This document shows, one piece after another, positions 43,301 to 56,634 of a stretch of DNA of 64,000 nucleotides (position 1 is the first letter of the stretch; every line of letters begins with the position of its first letter). The DNA is taken from positions 138,693 through 202,692 of the forward strand of contig JAQGDQ010000421.1 in assembly GCA_030141605.1 (NCBI GenBank). Direction: 5' to 3'. The position numbers were made by a program, and so were the translations under genes. The notes under the pieces are model-generated. The model did no database searches and was not told the origin of the DNA. It saw nothing but the letters and a program-made list of their open reading frames with translations. Source of the DNA: Tubiluchus corallicola (lineage: Eukaryota > Animalia > Priapulida).

Positions 43301-43686
43301 GCCCGAAAGGCAATTCTGAAAATCACTAGGAAATCTAAAATGGGTGAAGTGGGGAGGGGAGCACAGTAAAAGGCATTTCCAAATTCAAAATGGAGAGCAC
43401 GAACGAGCGTGAGCATACTTCTCAAAATGCAAGCACAGAATATTATCAAATCAGAAAATACAGCTAGTCACCACAGTGAATAATAACTACACATTCTAAG
43501 AACTTATTTGTGGAAATATAATCATCATAATAGTTACCTATGTATGACTACTAAAATAACAGATACTATACTTTCAAATGAATTTTATAATGAAAGTTAA
43601 CACTTTTCACAACAGCTTGAATAAATATTTTCTTGCAAAATACCGATTTTGAATCACAGGTGTTAAGCATGTATAGTACTTTAGAA

Positions 43687-46318
43687 TCACGACTCTAGAT
43701 TTGTTCTTCGATGCTCTGCTATCCAATCTGCTATCCTTTGTTTTAGTTCTACGTCAGGTACAACCATGTCCATTGTCAAAGGTGCTCTATTGAACGGATC
43801 GCTCTGATCACTACAACAACGTAAAATGTAATTTCAAATTCATGCAGAAAATGACTTACTTTGTAAACGTTTGAAAATAATAATACCTGTAATTCTTACG
43901 TTCTGTAAAACAGTGACAGTCACTAATATAGCATCCTATTTCTAAGTAGAGCAATTTCTAGTTTTTCCTTTCACTAAGATTATTCAGGAACTTTTTGTGC
44001 TCCGTCTTGCAACACAAACTCTAATAAATTTCTCTACAGCAAAATTCTCTATAATCAAGGTATCTGTCATCTTTTTTAAACAAAATTCAAAGGATTCCAA
44101 TTGTAAAGAAGCTCATCACCAAAACAAATAATAGAATTAACTAGGGCATACCTCAATATATGTCTAGCAATGGTAGCTCTGTCAACTGTGTTATTTGACG
44201 TGGGAAGTATTACAGGATCCTCCATTAAGGTGCCTAAAATAGGGTCTAGGAATTCTTCCGGCGCTTCCTCGAACATTTCTTCATTTTTTTGCTGAACAGT
44301 TGCAGCATCCTATAAGAGAATATAGTAGTATAGTTCCTTTGTTTCTGTGTCACTCTCATGAGTTGGGTTCTACTTCCCCAGGTTGATTTCAGGGGAAAAA
44401 TAGATGGCGAGACAAAGCAGTAACACTACCAATATTGTAGATATTTGATGATATTGAAAGGAATTCTGCATGGGTAAAACATTTCAATAATTATAATGCA
44501 ATAGAAGTGAGCAAAAGTTTCATTGTGTTACCACAAAAGGTGTACACCAAATATTTCTCCTTATTCTCAAATTTTACAATCTTTCCTAGTATTTGCCCTA
44601 AATAAACATCTTTCATCTACTGTATTTCATATGGCAGAGATAAAAGACAATAGTTTCCATAGGCATATAATATGTCAATCTATAATGCTCTAGAGTTTTA
44701 AGAGAATTTGTCTAACATGATTATGTAAACAGATAGATTGTAGCTTCAAAATAAGAATGTGACTTTTGAGACGTGCCATGGTTATAATCGTAAAGAAGTC
44801 AAAGTGCCCATTAAGTCTCAATTTAATATTTTTATTTTTTATTTTTTTTTAATGTTTTTTTTATTTTTCAGGGAAGTCATAAAATCATAAAAGTCACAAA
44901 AATCAGACAGATTTTATTCGAGTTAGGGTAAAAGACAACTACAACAAACCTGAAAAACTGTGAGCTAAATTTTTGCAAACTCAGTGCCTTGTTTTCAAAG
45001 TGACATTTTTGCAGCACATCATTCCAAGTATTCCAAGGTTAAAAACTGACAGAAAATTTATGGTTTTATTTTTCATAATCATTGGTATGAGTTGTATCAT
45101 GGAGCTCCATGTTATACTAAGGCACATTGTCAAGTATTGCGTGGTGTTAATAATATTGTCTACATTATTATTAAGAATGTACACTACATTATATAAGTAT
45201 GTACATTTACCAACACCTTTATTATGCACCTGGAAATTTAAGCTTAAGGGCATCCTCGCAAAATTCGCAGACATTTCCAGCACACATTAATTTCACAGTA
45301 TAACAAAACACATCAACATTATTCATCTTATCCAAAGTGATACAAGATCGTACTCCTTAAATTGCACTGAGTGCAACATTTAGTTACCTTAATTTTCTCG
45401 GCAAGAGCTCTAATCATTGGCGCGTAGTGACCATGCCCTGTTTTGATGAGAACTTTTTCTGCTTGGAAAAACAGTTTTGATGAATAAGAACGACCATCCT
45501 TCGATACGGCCGCACAAAACTGGGAACTCTCCCCGAGATTTAGGTAGATCAAGCAGATGTTGTACACAACAGCATCGGGTTTGAACTCGTAATCAGCAAA
45601 ACTTTTCACTTTTAGGTCTCTCTGTTTGGGACCAACCTGTACGACACACAAAAAAGAAAAGTCAAAACACAAGTAAAGATGCACGATATGTAACATTAAT
45701 TATATTACAGTGTTAGAGGAATAAGAGATATATTCCTTTACAAAAGCAGAACAGACTAATTACAAGATTTGATATATACAACTTGTTATTCTTATTAAAG
45801 AGCCTTTTGTTAGACAATTTAGTCCATGATGCCTGAATTTTCTTTTTCGAACTTAGGTAAACTTGACACTCCAAACTGACACATACAATTTTCATATTAA
45901 AAAAATAAAAATCAGAATCAAAAATGACATTACTCAACAATTTTTGCTTCAAATGTATTCAAACACTGAAAAAACATAATAGAAATTATTAAAAGAATAA
46001 ATTAGCAACCAAAATAAAACAAAAAAACCGACATCACACGAAGGATTTCAATAAAACATTTACCAAATGTAATAAGAAATAATTGAGCATGGCAGCAATT
46101 CTGTCCACCATCATATTGTGCAGGAAGATGTCTTTAATTTCCTTGGTAATGAACTCTAATGCTTGAATGGTTTCATTACCCATCACATTATGAAAACGAG
46201 CGAGGAGGCTAAGTTGTTGAAAGTTAGCTTCTTCCTGTTGATGTTGGTTGGAAGGAAGATTATGGTTGCTGCTTGATGCCCTCTCTGCTTCTTTTTCCTT
46301 CAGCTGCGACATGTACTA

Positions 46319-46349
<31 letters not shown>

Positions 46350-47155
46350 TTATTTCACTCCAGCAATACATAATTATACAATACATCATCATACAATATT
46401 ATTGAAAAAAAAGAAACAGTATAGGTAAAACAAAAACGTCGATGAAGTCAAATTAACCAAATAAAAAAGTTGCTGTATGACACCTTGGAAGCTTGGCTTG
46501 TTAGGGTGGCAGAAATGAGTGAATGAAAGAATGGTTAGGGTCAGAAGAAATGATGGAATGGAAAAAATACTAAGATTAGGGATAGGAAGAAGGAAAAGAG
46601 GAGAAGAAATGACCACAGTATATGTTTAATTTACATAGAGCTATTTTAAAATAGCATTATAATTGATTGGAGGCCATATATTGCGACTGCATGAGACATC
46701 GAAGCATTAAAATTGTATTATAAGTATGAATCAAAAATGGTCCCTTTCAAGTGCTTTTTGAAACTATAAATAGTTTTGTGTATTTTTACTTGGGCACCTA
46801 TTTTATTCCAGTTGTTGGGGGCTGTGAATTTAATAAAGTGCCTGGCAGTATTAGCATGACAGTACTAATGGAAACAGATTATTGCGTGACTACATAATAA
46901 AATGAGTCTAGTAAGCAAATATACTTTAACAGAATAAGCTTATACCTACAGTAAATTATTTACAACTCGACCCGTTATAACTCGAATTCTGGCGTATCTT
47001 GAACAGATCTCGTGAAAAAGATTTTTCCTTTAATTTTTCTCTTTACCTAACATTGAGTAACTTGAAATCTGTAACTCTAATTATTGCATAATTCAAACTG
47101 AATTCCCGGAACAATTTATGAAAATCTAACTGATATTAACCAGCCTATCTTGAGC

Positions 47156-47230
<75 letters not shown>

Positions 47231-50200
47231 TAAGTAAGTAAGGTTATTAGTTTATCACCATTTTTAAAATAGCAAAATACATAACTAAGTGATTTATAAA
47301 TCTGTACAACATACAATAATATTACAAAGTTCAAAAGTAATTATTGATTAATGGTAAAAGGGTGGCGAAAGAACAATGAGCTATCGAGGTCAGCCACCCT
47401 CTCAGAATTGTTACTAATATAATTAATTAATGCGCATCTGCCAAAATCCCGCACAAGAAATCCTGCATGAAAGTGTGCAAGCACCATATTACCATTTTAA
47501 CTGCTGGTTTCAACAAAAATGCTAAGATTTCTTGTATTACCTTAGCAGAATGCTGCACACAACGTGGCTTAACAAAAGTGGTATAATAACTAGATCACAA
47601 TATTATCATTGCTAAATTCTATTAACCATGCTGCTCAAACTACAAGAGAGGTGGACCTGTCATTTTATTTTTGATTATTCGTAAAAACTGTTGTTTGATA
47701 ATTGATTACAGTCTAAGTTTGTCATTTTCGCAGGCTGCAGTGTATGTCAGACGTCAATGAGCGACTCAATCTTGTTTTCTTACGAACATTGTCTAACTCG
47801 TACACTCACATAAGTCAAACAAATTTTCTGGTCCTGAGGCATTCGAGTTATGCGTAATTTACTGTATACAGATAGCATTAAATACAGATATGAAATAAAC
47901 TTAATTGCATTATAAACTGCGAGGATTTTGTTTACACAAAGTTTACTATTAAGTTAAGTAATTTATGTATGGCATCTAGCTCCCAGTCACACCAGCAACA
48001 GTTTTAGCAATTTAATTAATGCAATTGAAACAAAAATATGCCTAAATTACGAAATCAGAAAGTTTCATCAGCTTCCTGTTATGAAGATCAGATAACTTAC
48101 AGATAATGCTTCATCAAGTAAAAATATAGCATCATTTATCAGCAAGTTGATAAATCGTAAAAACAGTGGTGGTTGAGTTGCCTCCATGTGACCAAGAGAA
48201 TATGAGGCCAACCTCTGAAATATAAAAATAAGCACTGGTTACACTCATTACAGTTTCTTAGCATTTCCTAGCATCATAGCAAAGCCTACTAGCTCAGTTA
48301 AAGAATGGATTAAGCAACACTGGCTCTGGCTAGTGCTAGTATGAGTGATAAGCTCTGAAGCCGATCCACATTTGTGCCTTTTTATCTACTACACCATAAG
48401 ATAAAGCTACTTAAGTGAGTAGTCAGTTCAGTAGATTTTCTAGAACACTGCAATTCTACTGTGGCGATTAAGAACTAATCCTGTCAAGTTAAACACACAA
48501 GCGGCCCAATCAATCATTAACTGCCAGGTGGCTTTTGAGGGGCGAATAAAGTGACAAAAGCCAATAGTTAACTTTGAGGAATATATCAAAATGAACAAAA
48601 CAGCTTGTGGAAATATTAACAGACTGCTATGAACTGCTAAGCAGACAGATTTGGATAAAGTCTTAATTAAAAAAATAATGTTTTACATTACAATGTTATT
48701 CTTGGCTTCTCCAGACTATAATTGCAGTTAAAAATTCCAAAGGAAATAAAACAATATATCATTGAAATGTAAGTTCATATTAGATTATTTTCAAAAAACA
48801 AACATGCCTTTATTTCTGTGCGATGTATCTCAACATTCCAAATATATTTGAGCACAGCATACATTGGTCTCCTGTAGTTAAATTTTTCTTCAAATGCCAC
48901 AGACTGGCCAGTCACTTCGATGCTGACAAAAACATGCAGAAGCGTCGAAGCTAAATGCTCTACACAAGGATGGTCTCGCAACAGCTGCTCTCGATTGTTC
49001 CTAGAAGAAATAATTTCCTCTTATTAACTAAAATAAGAAGATTATTTCAAAAGTCATAATTTTAAGCCGGTCTACATTCCTTAAAGAGGTTTAATGCTGT
49101 TACTGACTATGTTGAAAGAGACGTGACCATTAGACTGAAAAAGAAAACCTAACCAAAATCTATTTTTATTAGGTTGACAAGGAGAAAGCCTACAAGCGAC
49201 CATAAGTGTTAGAAAAGATTTTCATTTACTTGAAGTCAAAAGAGAGTCAAATTGTGAATATACATCAATGACACTTGCCTAAGCTTTCAAAATGCTTTGC
49301 AAAAGCTCCCCTAAATTTTATAAAACAAAAGTAGTCTTTTTTACTCAGACAGTGCTCTAACAAACTCTGTTTTCACAGTGATTTGCAACACAGTGGAATG
49401 TTGTGAACAAGATTTAAAATTATTATTAATAGGCCAACTCATTAAAATGCGTAGCCTCTAATGACAAAATCTTGTTGAAGCATAGTATAAATTGATGTAA
49501 TATCATGTGTAATGCGTGTTGTATCTCGACACTAGGCGGAAGAGCTGCACAAGCAGCCAACGGCTAGAGGGCGGAGGAGATCAAGTGACCCAACGGCCAT
49601 GTGTAGAGGAGTAAACCTTCCAAATCAGGAGTGGAGCCCCAAAGACGGACCAGTGCAGCATGCTCATAGACTCCAGCAGCTCCTGCAGCCAACCTGGTGC
49701 AAAACGTATCACTCGGCTTTCCTTTCGACTACACCAGCGAGGAAGAGAGGGGGTCCCTGTTGTCTGGGCAACTCAGGATTTCCATACACCTTGCCCAGGT
49801 GTGTGCCCTGGAGACGTTCAAGAATCGCACTGCTCAGCCACAGTCGACGCTGGAGCTCCATCAATGTGATCAATAACTGACTCTCTTGGCGCACACTCCA
49901 TTGTCTTCTGAGACAGAAGGATGCCAACCAACGTGTTATGTTTAAAATGCTAACTTGAACTTATGGAGTGAAAGGCACTTTGCAATATATCTATTTCAAT
50001 ATGCATTGTAGCTTATGTTATCTTTTCATCAACAAAAGAGAGAAACTGGATGGTGGACTAGACCATCCATTACATAAAAATAGATCATGTAGCTACAATA
50101 ACCATGTAACCGAACATAGTTTATTTTGTGTACAAGATAATTTTGTATGTTAATACTGTTATAGTCAATATTATACCACTAAAATGGCTGCCGACGCCAC

Positions 50201-53200
50201 TGCCTGCAAATGTATGAAAAAACAAACACAGACAGAATATTATACAGTCGGGTAGCAACTTACATAGAAACGATTCCCTGCTGCTCGTGATGAGGCAGCA
50301 AACATGAAAGGGCTTCAGCAAGTCGAGCACGAAGGTGAGGATTTTTCATTCTTTCAGGTGAACCCATGAAAACAAGTATTAGAGTCAGCAGGTGTTCAAG
50401 CTTCTTACCAGCCACCTAAACAATGAATGTGATAATGTTAGTAATATTTAGTAAACAACTATGCTAGCATCTCTTGTTTCTATTAATAGCAAAAAAAATT
50501 AAATCATTGTTTTAATCACCATATTTTAAGCCAAAACACAAAATGTAGTAAAGATGTTTGGGATTTGTACAGCAGGTAAAACACCACAACTTTTTAATTA
50601 CTAATTAACTTTTTAAAAATAAATTCACGGTGTGACTAGTGTGAGCACACTTTCTGTTTTCTCACAAAAGCAGAATAAATATACGGAGTCCTTGTAGAGA
50701 CAACATTTTAAAGATTATCCAAATTTATTTTTGTGAAACCACATTAGCAAAAACTTAAAATTATAGGCAAAAATAGGCACTAAAGATACAGTTAAAAATT
50801 AAAAATCTCACCAACGCAACTTCGAAGAGATAAAAATGTGGAAATACGTTTTGCTGTATAAGTGGGATACGTTATGTATACTTAGTTACGTTTAGGGCAG
50901 TGATGGAAAGAACCTGCTCAACTAAAGTCCTTGTCTTAACTCTTTCTGCAGTGATTAAAGCAGTGACCTTTTTGGCCTTCTGCATTGACAGCTGTTTCCT
51001 ACCACTCTCCAAACGTGTACGGATCAATTTGAAAACATAAAATAATAGTTTAACATAAGAATTCATTGCTGCATTGATATATTGAAATTGTCAAAGGAAA
51101 CTACAGGTTGTCCTCAAAGTAGTAAACAGATGTAATATACCTGGTAAGTTATATCACTGAATCTCCGTAAAAATGACATGTAATCAACAATGTTTTCCAC
51201 AATGAATTCTGGTACATCCGCGAGAATCTCCGGGACGTCTGTAGTCAACGGAAATTTCACCGGAGTAAATGACTTTCCTCCGGGCACATAGGTCGCTACA
51301 TGTGACAATAGTGTAGCCGTAGCTGTGTGGAGATCAAGAGCTAATTCCAGGGAGTGAGGTTCTAGAAGAACTGATTTCATTGATAAGTATCTCGTCATAC
51401 CTGAATCAGGTATAAAGAAAACATAATTTCAGTAAAATAAGTACAGCCAGGGTGTATCAAGACTTTATGACACCCTAGGCTGATAATTTTGTCCAGCACA
51501 TCTCTATTGTGAATTTGTGGTTGTTTGCGTAATGACGATATAGAACAATTACTTGCGGTGTATTAGAAACATTGTTAACCTAGTTTCTAAGTGGTCATTA
51601 TTAATTACATGTCTTTGCATAGCACTTATATTCAAACAGGTTGCGCAACTGCTTGTTGTGTAATACCTTGCACATGTTTGTTATGTGGTATTTATATAAA
51701 AGCTTCTTAGGTAACTGCCTGTGGCGAGTTATAAAATGAATGTGAAATGATTAATATGAATTTATACTTTGCATGAATATGAAAAGTATACATGAACATA
51801 AAAAAATACACATTTTCTGAGGAGAATGAGAATTTTTTCTAAAACGTAATGCCCTCAAACGGTAGCGCCCTAGGCAATAGCCTAGTTAGCCTATTGGTTA
51901 ATACACCCTGAGTACTTTAATGATAAATTTCAAAAGTAGTACATTAAGGTTTGTAATATCATTGATAAAGCTCAAAATTATATTAAAAATGCAGTTAAAA
52001 AGAATACCACATTAATTAAAAAAACAGCACCTTTATCCATGGCTTCACGTATTCGCTGGACTGTGTCATTACCGTCACCACCCTGGGCTCTAGCATCTTC
52101 ATACAATCGTTGTAATCTGCCCAGTTCTTGAGAAAGTTTCAGAAATTTTCCATGAACAACGTGAAAGCCTATAAGTATTAAGATTTTTACAAACAATGAT
52201 GTAGCAGTAGTATAAATGTGTACTACTTTACATACAATATGTCACTGCTCATCCACTTCACGCTTATCCGTAATGAGATATGACAAAAACCTTTAATGAG
52301 GCCAACATTACCCTAATATACCCCACATACAAATGTTGACTGGAATGCCTATTTAAAATGGCTTCAGCAAGTCGAGCACGAAGGAGAGGATTTTTCATTC
52401 TTTCAGCTGAACCCATGAAAACAAGCATTAGAGTCAGCAGGTGTTAAAGCTGCTTACCAGCCACCTAAGCCATAAATGTGATAATGTTAGTAATATTTAG
52501 TATAACAACTATGCTAGCATCTCTTGTTTCTATTAATAGCAAAAAAAATTAATTCATTGTTTTAATCACCATATTTTAAGCCAAAACACAAAATGTAGTA
52601 AAGATGTTTGGGATTTGCGTAAATCTTAAGTAGCAAAAAACTTGATCAAAACTGCAAGTATAAATTTAATTAAAATGTAAAAGAGTAGCACATAACTAAA
52701 CATATTCTATAAGTATGCTAATAGTAAGATCACATAGCTTCCTTTAAAAAGTGTTTTGTTCATTCATGAAACTTACCTAAGTGCAAACAATAATGTGTGA
52801 GGAAAAAGCATTCTGTTGTGAAGTTGTAATTAACAATTGGCAACTCTCTGTTATTGTTTTCTGCCTCTTCTGGTGGAATAAGGGTCGTCTCTTGTGCTAA
52901 TCCTAAACAGAAAACTGTTTGTTTACTAGGGGATGAAAGAAAATAGCTTTCTAAGAGCAAAAAATTATTACTGTCGTGCCCACATGCATTTCTCTTATTG
53001 CAATTAGCTTTATCACTCTGTGCTCACCTTGCAAATGAATACCCCTATTTTTGACATCTTCATTAGTAACAACAATTGCCTTTATGTAGGAAAAATCGAT
53101 ATTCAAGAGTTTGTGAGCATTTGGTTCACTGAATGGTTTGCAGAGTCTAAGCAGGACATTTCCCAAGTTGAGGAAGAAGCCATCACCAGCATCTGTGGTC

Positions 53201-56080
53201 ATAAAATGTCGCGTCCACAACTTTGCACGATCTAAAATCAGGAGAAATAATTGATTGTAAAAGTAATATATAATTACAAATAGTTTTTCTTACATTAAAG
53301 ATGGAAAAGTTAGTTGTCAAGCAATACAATTGTGATTTGCAAATGAGGAGCAAAAGAAGCAACAAAAAAGCTGCTATTCTGCCTTTTGTTATTCATACAT
53401 ACCGTATATACTCGCATATAAGCCGAATTTAGAACTATAAAATACAATACTGAAATCAGGGGGTTGGCTTATATGCGCATGAAACAAAATGAACACAAGG
53501 ACAGACACTAATGCCAATTTTCCAGCCACACATTTTCATCGCTATCTGACTCTTTATTTGGTTTTGTGTCACCTGTGGTGTATTGGAGGGGGATCGTGGG
53601 GGATCGCCGTCCACCCACTTTTTTTTTAGAAAAAATTCACATTTCAATAAATGTCTGCTTTTTGTATTCATTAGATAAAAAATATTAAAAATGTATAAAT
53701 ATATGTGACAAAAAGGGATCAATTTTGTTGATTGGATATGGAGTAAAATTAGACAAGTTGATGGTCGGCTTATATACGGGTTTTTGCAAAAACTGGCCAT
53801 TTTAAAGCAGTTTTAGGGGTCGGCTTATATGCGATGTAGGCTTATATGCGAGTATATACGGTAATATAATAACTGCATCCATAAATTAACATAATTACTT
53901 ATATTCAGTTTGCCAAACAGCTTAGCCATTATTACTATAGCTTTATTACTGCACCCGTTGTGATGCGTAATATGTTCGCAGGCAAATTAAAAGGGTGAAG
54001 CCATATAAAAGAGATGAAAAAAGAGAAATGTGTTAAAAAACATGAAAAAAACCAATTTAATTTTTGCACAATCCTTATAGAACCACAAAGAATGTGTAAC
54101 GTTACTTTACCAATCAACTGGTAACGTACCTGCATTGCAACATAAACATTTGCCTAACCAGTTCAATGTAGAATGTCTGATCTGCGGTGAAAGTTTGAGT
54201 AACCTGAGAAATATGGAGGAGATGGCTTCGTTCAACTCAAAAATAGGCTAGAAAAATCCACATCAAGAGTTACATGAAAGTCCGATTAGATTTTCGGATT
54301 AGATTAAATCGGAATTTTCTTGAGTTTAATACCAAACAGCTTTAAAGAGAGAGAGAGCCTATCTTGGTTGAGCACTGATTGTAATCAGAAAATGTTGTAT
54401 TAGTTTATTTGCACATACTTACGAATGTTGTAATTATTAAGAAACCAGCAACATATAAAGTGTGGCCACACTAACATCACAATTTATTGAACAAACAATT
54501 TATTAAATGTTTAAGCTGAAAGAGAATCATTTTGGTAATTGGTAATTAATATAGGAAAAAAAGAATATTTAACACAGTAGGCGAAACTGAGACATAATGT
54601 GCAAACTTGTGTATTGACTGAATTAAAGCAAAACCGGACCCAATCTTAAACTGTAAGTGCTGCACCTCTCAGTTCAGATGTGTTAGTTTCTGACAAACTG
54701 CATAATTTCGACAGCTCATGTGCGAACATAGCGGGTAAATTTGAAATTTGAATTACTTCAATTATCAATTCACACAAACAAGCAACATGCTGGTGGAATA
54801 TTTTTTCCTTTGAAAATTATGTTAGTTTGCGATGTCATCAACAGTTAGTCTTGCCCGCCATTAATTAACATTCTAATTTATTATTTAACTTTGTGATGTC
54901 ATCAACGGTTAGTCTTGCCTGCCATTAATTAACATTTTAATTTATTATTTAACTATCAGAAATCCTTTCCCAGTGTTATTGATGTTAAAATGTATACTTT
55001 TTATGGGAAAATGGGAAAGTACATGAAAAATCACCATCTTTCTTTAACTATATCAACACCTATCGTCTTACAATGGACTACTAAGAGCAAAAAAAATTAG
55101 GCCTACAATTGGTATCTTTTCACAAAAAATTTTCATCATCATATTCCTCTTTAAATGCATGTCATTGTATTTCCCTACCTTCCACAGATGTGTTTCAGTG
55201 ATCTTATGCTCTTGACTTGTGACAGACGATGGCTTCTCAAAAAACTCGTGTCTCCCTGACTGGCTCTTCATCAGGCAGGAAAGCGAAAGTACAGATCCCA
55301 GTAATGTAATCTCATATGCTTTACCGTTATCAACGTTTTGGGGTGTACTGAATGAGAGAAGGACCTAAACATAATTGTGTGAGTTGAAAGTACATTTAAC
55401 GTCAAGCAAAATAAACATTAAAGTTATAATCAATTTTTATATATTCTTAAATGTAGACAGTAGCTTAACTATATTATTATAGCTGACTAATAATTTTATA
55501 CACCATTAATAAATAGATTACGGTTTAATTACAATTTCACCAATGTAAAAAATAGAACAGTACATTATGTAATGTACTTCTGACAATCATTTGAAGACAA
55601 AATGTGCAACGTTACAAAAATTTTTAAGGATTTTTTCTCATGAATAAGATGCAGAACATTCTAATCATGAAAACAAATATTAAATGTTATGCAACAGAGA
55701 CATTCATAAAGGTAGTCCGAAAACCACATATCTTTAAGGTCAAGGCACATCAACACTCCAGAAATAATGTTACAGTATTAATAAACAACAAATCTCTTCA
55801 CAATTCGATTTCGTGAACATTGATTGTCATACAGGGAATTGCATAATCAGTGCACTAAACAACGCAAGCTCTCATACCTCTCCCAAGACAGTGTTCATTG
55901 TCATAAACTTTAGAAACTCTAAATATCTGTAAATGTTAGTATCAACCAATGACATTGGTAATAGTGCTTCTTTGATATTATTTAGTGCTGGTGTTAAAAT
56001 GTCTAGCAGACTGTGTCCATCATCTTCTTCAGCTATTGCCGAAGCCACTTGTTGCAAAAATTCCTGCATTGGTTGAAAAT
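43687..56080 (-). CDS. UBE4A: Ubiquitin conjugation factor E4 A (UFD2/U-box), 5'-partial; 14 exons, about 825 codons in window
   Basis: Exons (minus): 56080-55878, 55364-55179, 54247-54130, 53231-53028, 52902-52777, 52168-52031, 51400-51141, 50415-50264, 49000-48808, 48214-48101, 46315-46064, 45636-45388, 44309-44152, 43810-43687 (TGA); phases consistent. Motifs: [74 protein letters not shown]-box [21 protein letters not shown]...[31 protein letters not shown] and HLVGPK fit UBE4A rather than UBE4B. No further upstream exons were recognised in 56081-64000. Confidence 0.93.
46319..46907 (-). mobile_element. 3' end of an L2/CR1-like retroelement with (GATT)n tail abutting a UBE4A acceptor
   Basis: Minus-strand [38 protein letters not shown] (ORF2 end), a pyrimidine-rich 3' UTR, then (GATT)7 at 46348-46319. 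Confidence 0.65.
46949..47864. mobile_element. Tc1/pogo-type MITE interrupted by an (AAGT)n-tailed retroelement end (~47156-47430)
   Basis: TIRs cagtaaatta..tacaactcga / ttcgagttatgcgtaatttactg with TA on both sides; (AAGT)n at 47156-47240. Confidence 0.7.
49520..49931 (-). mobile_element. GC-rich insert, possible RTE-like retroelement remnant
   Basis: Abrupt GC-rich island flanked by cgtgtt direct repeats. The degenerate LRRQW...QRRLWL...HLGKV...LPRQ resembles the RTE ORF C-terminus. Confidence 0.35.
51448..51910. mobile_element. hAT-like MITE; a related terminal fragment lies at ~41819-41885
   Basis: TIRs cagggtgtatcaa / ttaatacaccctg; partial 8-bp TSD agtacagc / agtacttt. The 41819 region repeats gtgtattaaccaataggctaactaggc. 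Confidence 0.7.
52360..52617 (-). pseudogene. Displaced partial duplicate of UBE4A exon 50415-50264 plus its upstream intron (pseudo-exon)
   Basis: Direct copy of 50311-50567. It keeps the AG acceptor but has GAA>TAA at 52446-52444 and several missense changes, and lacks the 3' part of the exon. Confidence 0.9.
53402..53861. mobile_element. pogo/Tigger-type MITE
   Basis: Perfect 23-bp TIRs ccgtatatactcgcatataagcc / ggcttatatgcgagtatatacgg, TA TSD, internal ggcttatat repeats. Confidence 0.9.
54831..54954. repeat. Tandem duplication of a ~64-bp unit
   Basis: gatgtcatcaac.gttagtcttgcc.gccattaattaacatt.taatttattatttaact occurs twice. Confidence 0.9.
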
Positions 56081-56407
56081 CTGAAAAGACAATGCAACAA
56101 TGCAAATGCAATTAATTATAAAAAAATTAATCAAAACATTCGAGCTGTAAGATATCTTTAATGAAATAATAAATTTTATTTTCCTAACGATACTGATATG
56201 CGCACAGTTTTAAAAGTATCAACACGCACCTCAAATCACTGGCAAAAACTCAGCAAAATTTTTTACTTGACCGTTACCCCCGAGGACGACAGTATGGTTG
56301 TGAAAGAGCTTAAAGCTACCTTAGCAAGCTTAGCAAGGTAACATCCTCTGCAGAAGTCAACCGCTAGGCTAATACATTCATATCTCGGTTAGCCAGACAA
56401 AAGCCGG

Positions 56408-56634
56408 AAGACATCGGTCCAAATTTGCCCATTGTCTATATTTACTAATACTAAGGCAAAGCAGTAGGTGCAGTGTATTAGACTTATGGTAATGTAGAAT
56501 TAATCGTCTAATTGTCTCATAAAGGTTTGGGCAGACATCGGTTCAAATTTTCTCATTGTCTGTATTTAGTGATATTAAGGTAATACAGTAGGCACAGTGT
56601 ATTAGACTCATGGTAATGTAGAATTAATCATCTA
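56408..56634. repeat. 124-bp tandem repeat, units 1-2; unit 3 is at 62523-62646
   Basis: attgtctcataaaggtttgggcagacat.ggttcaaat...ggtaatgtagaattaa...tcta. Units 2 and 3 differ at about 5 positions. Confidence 0.9.
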
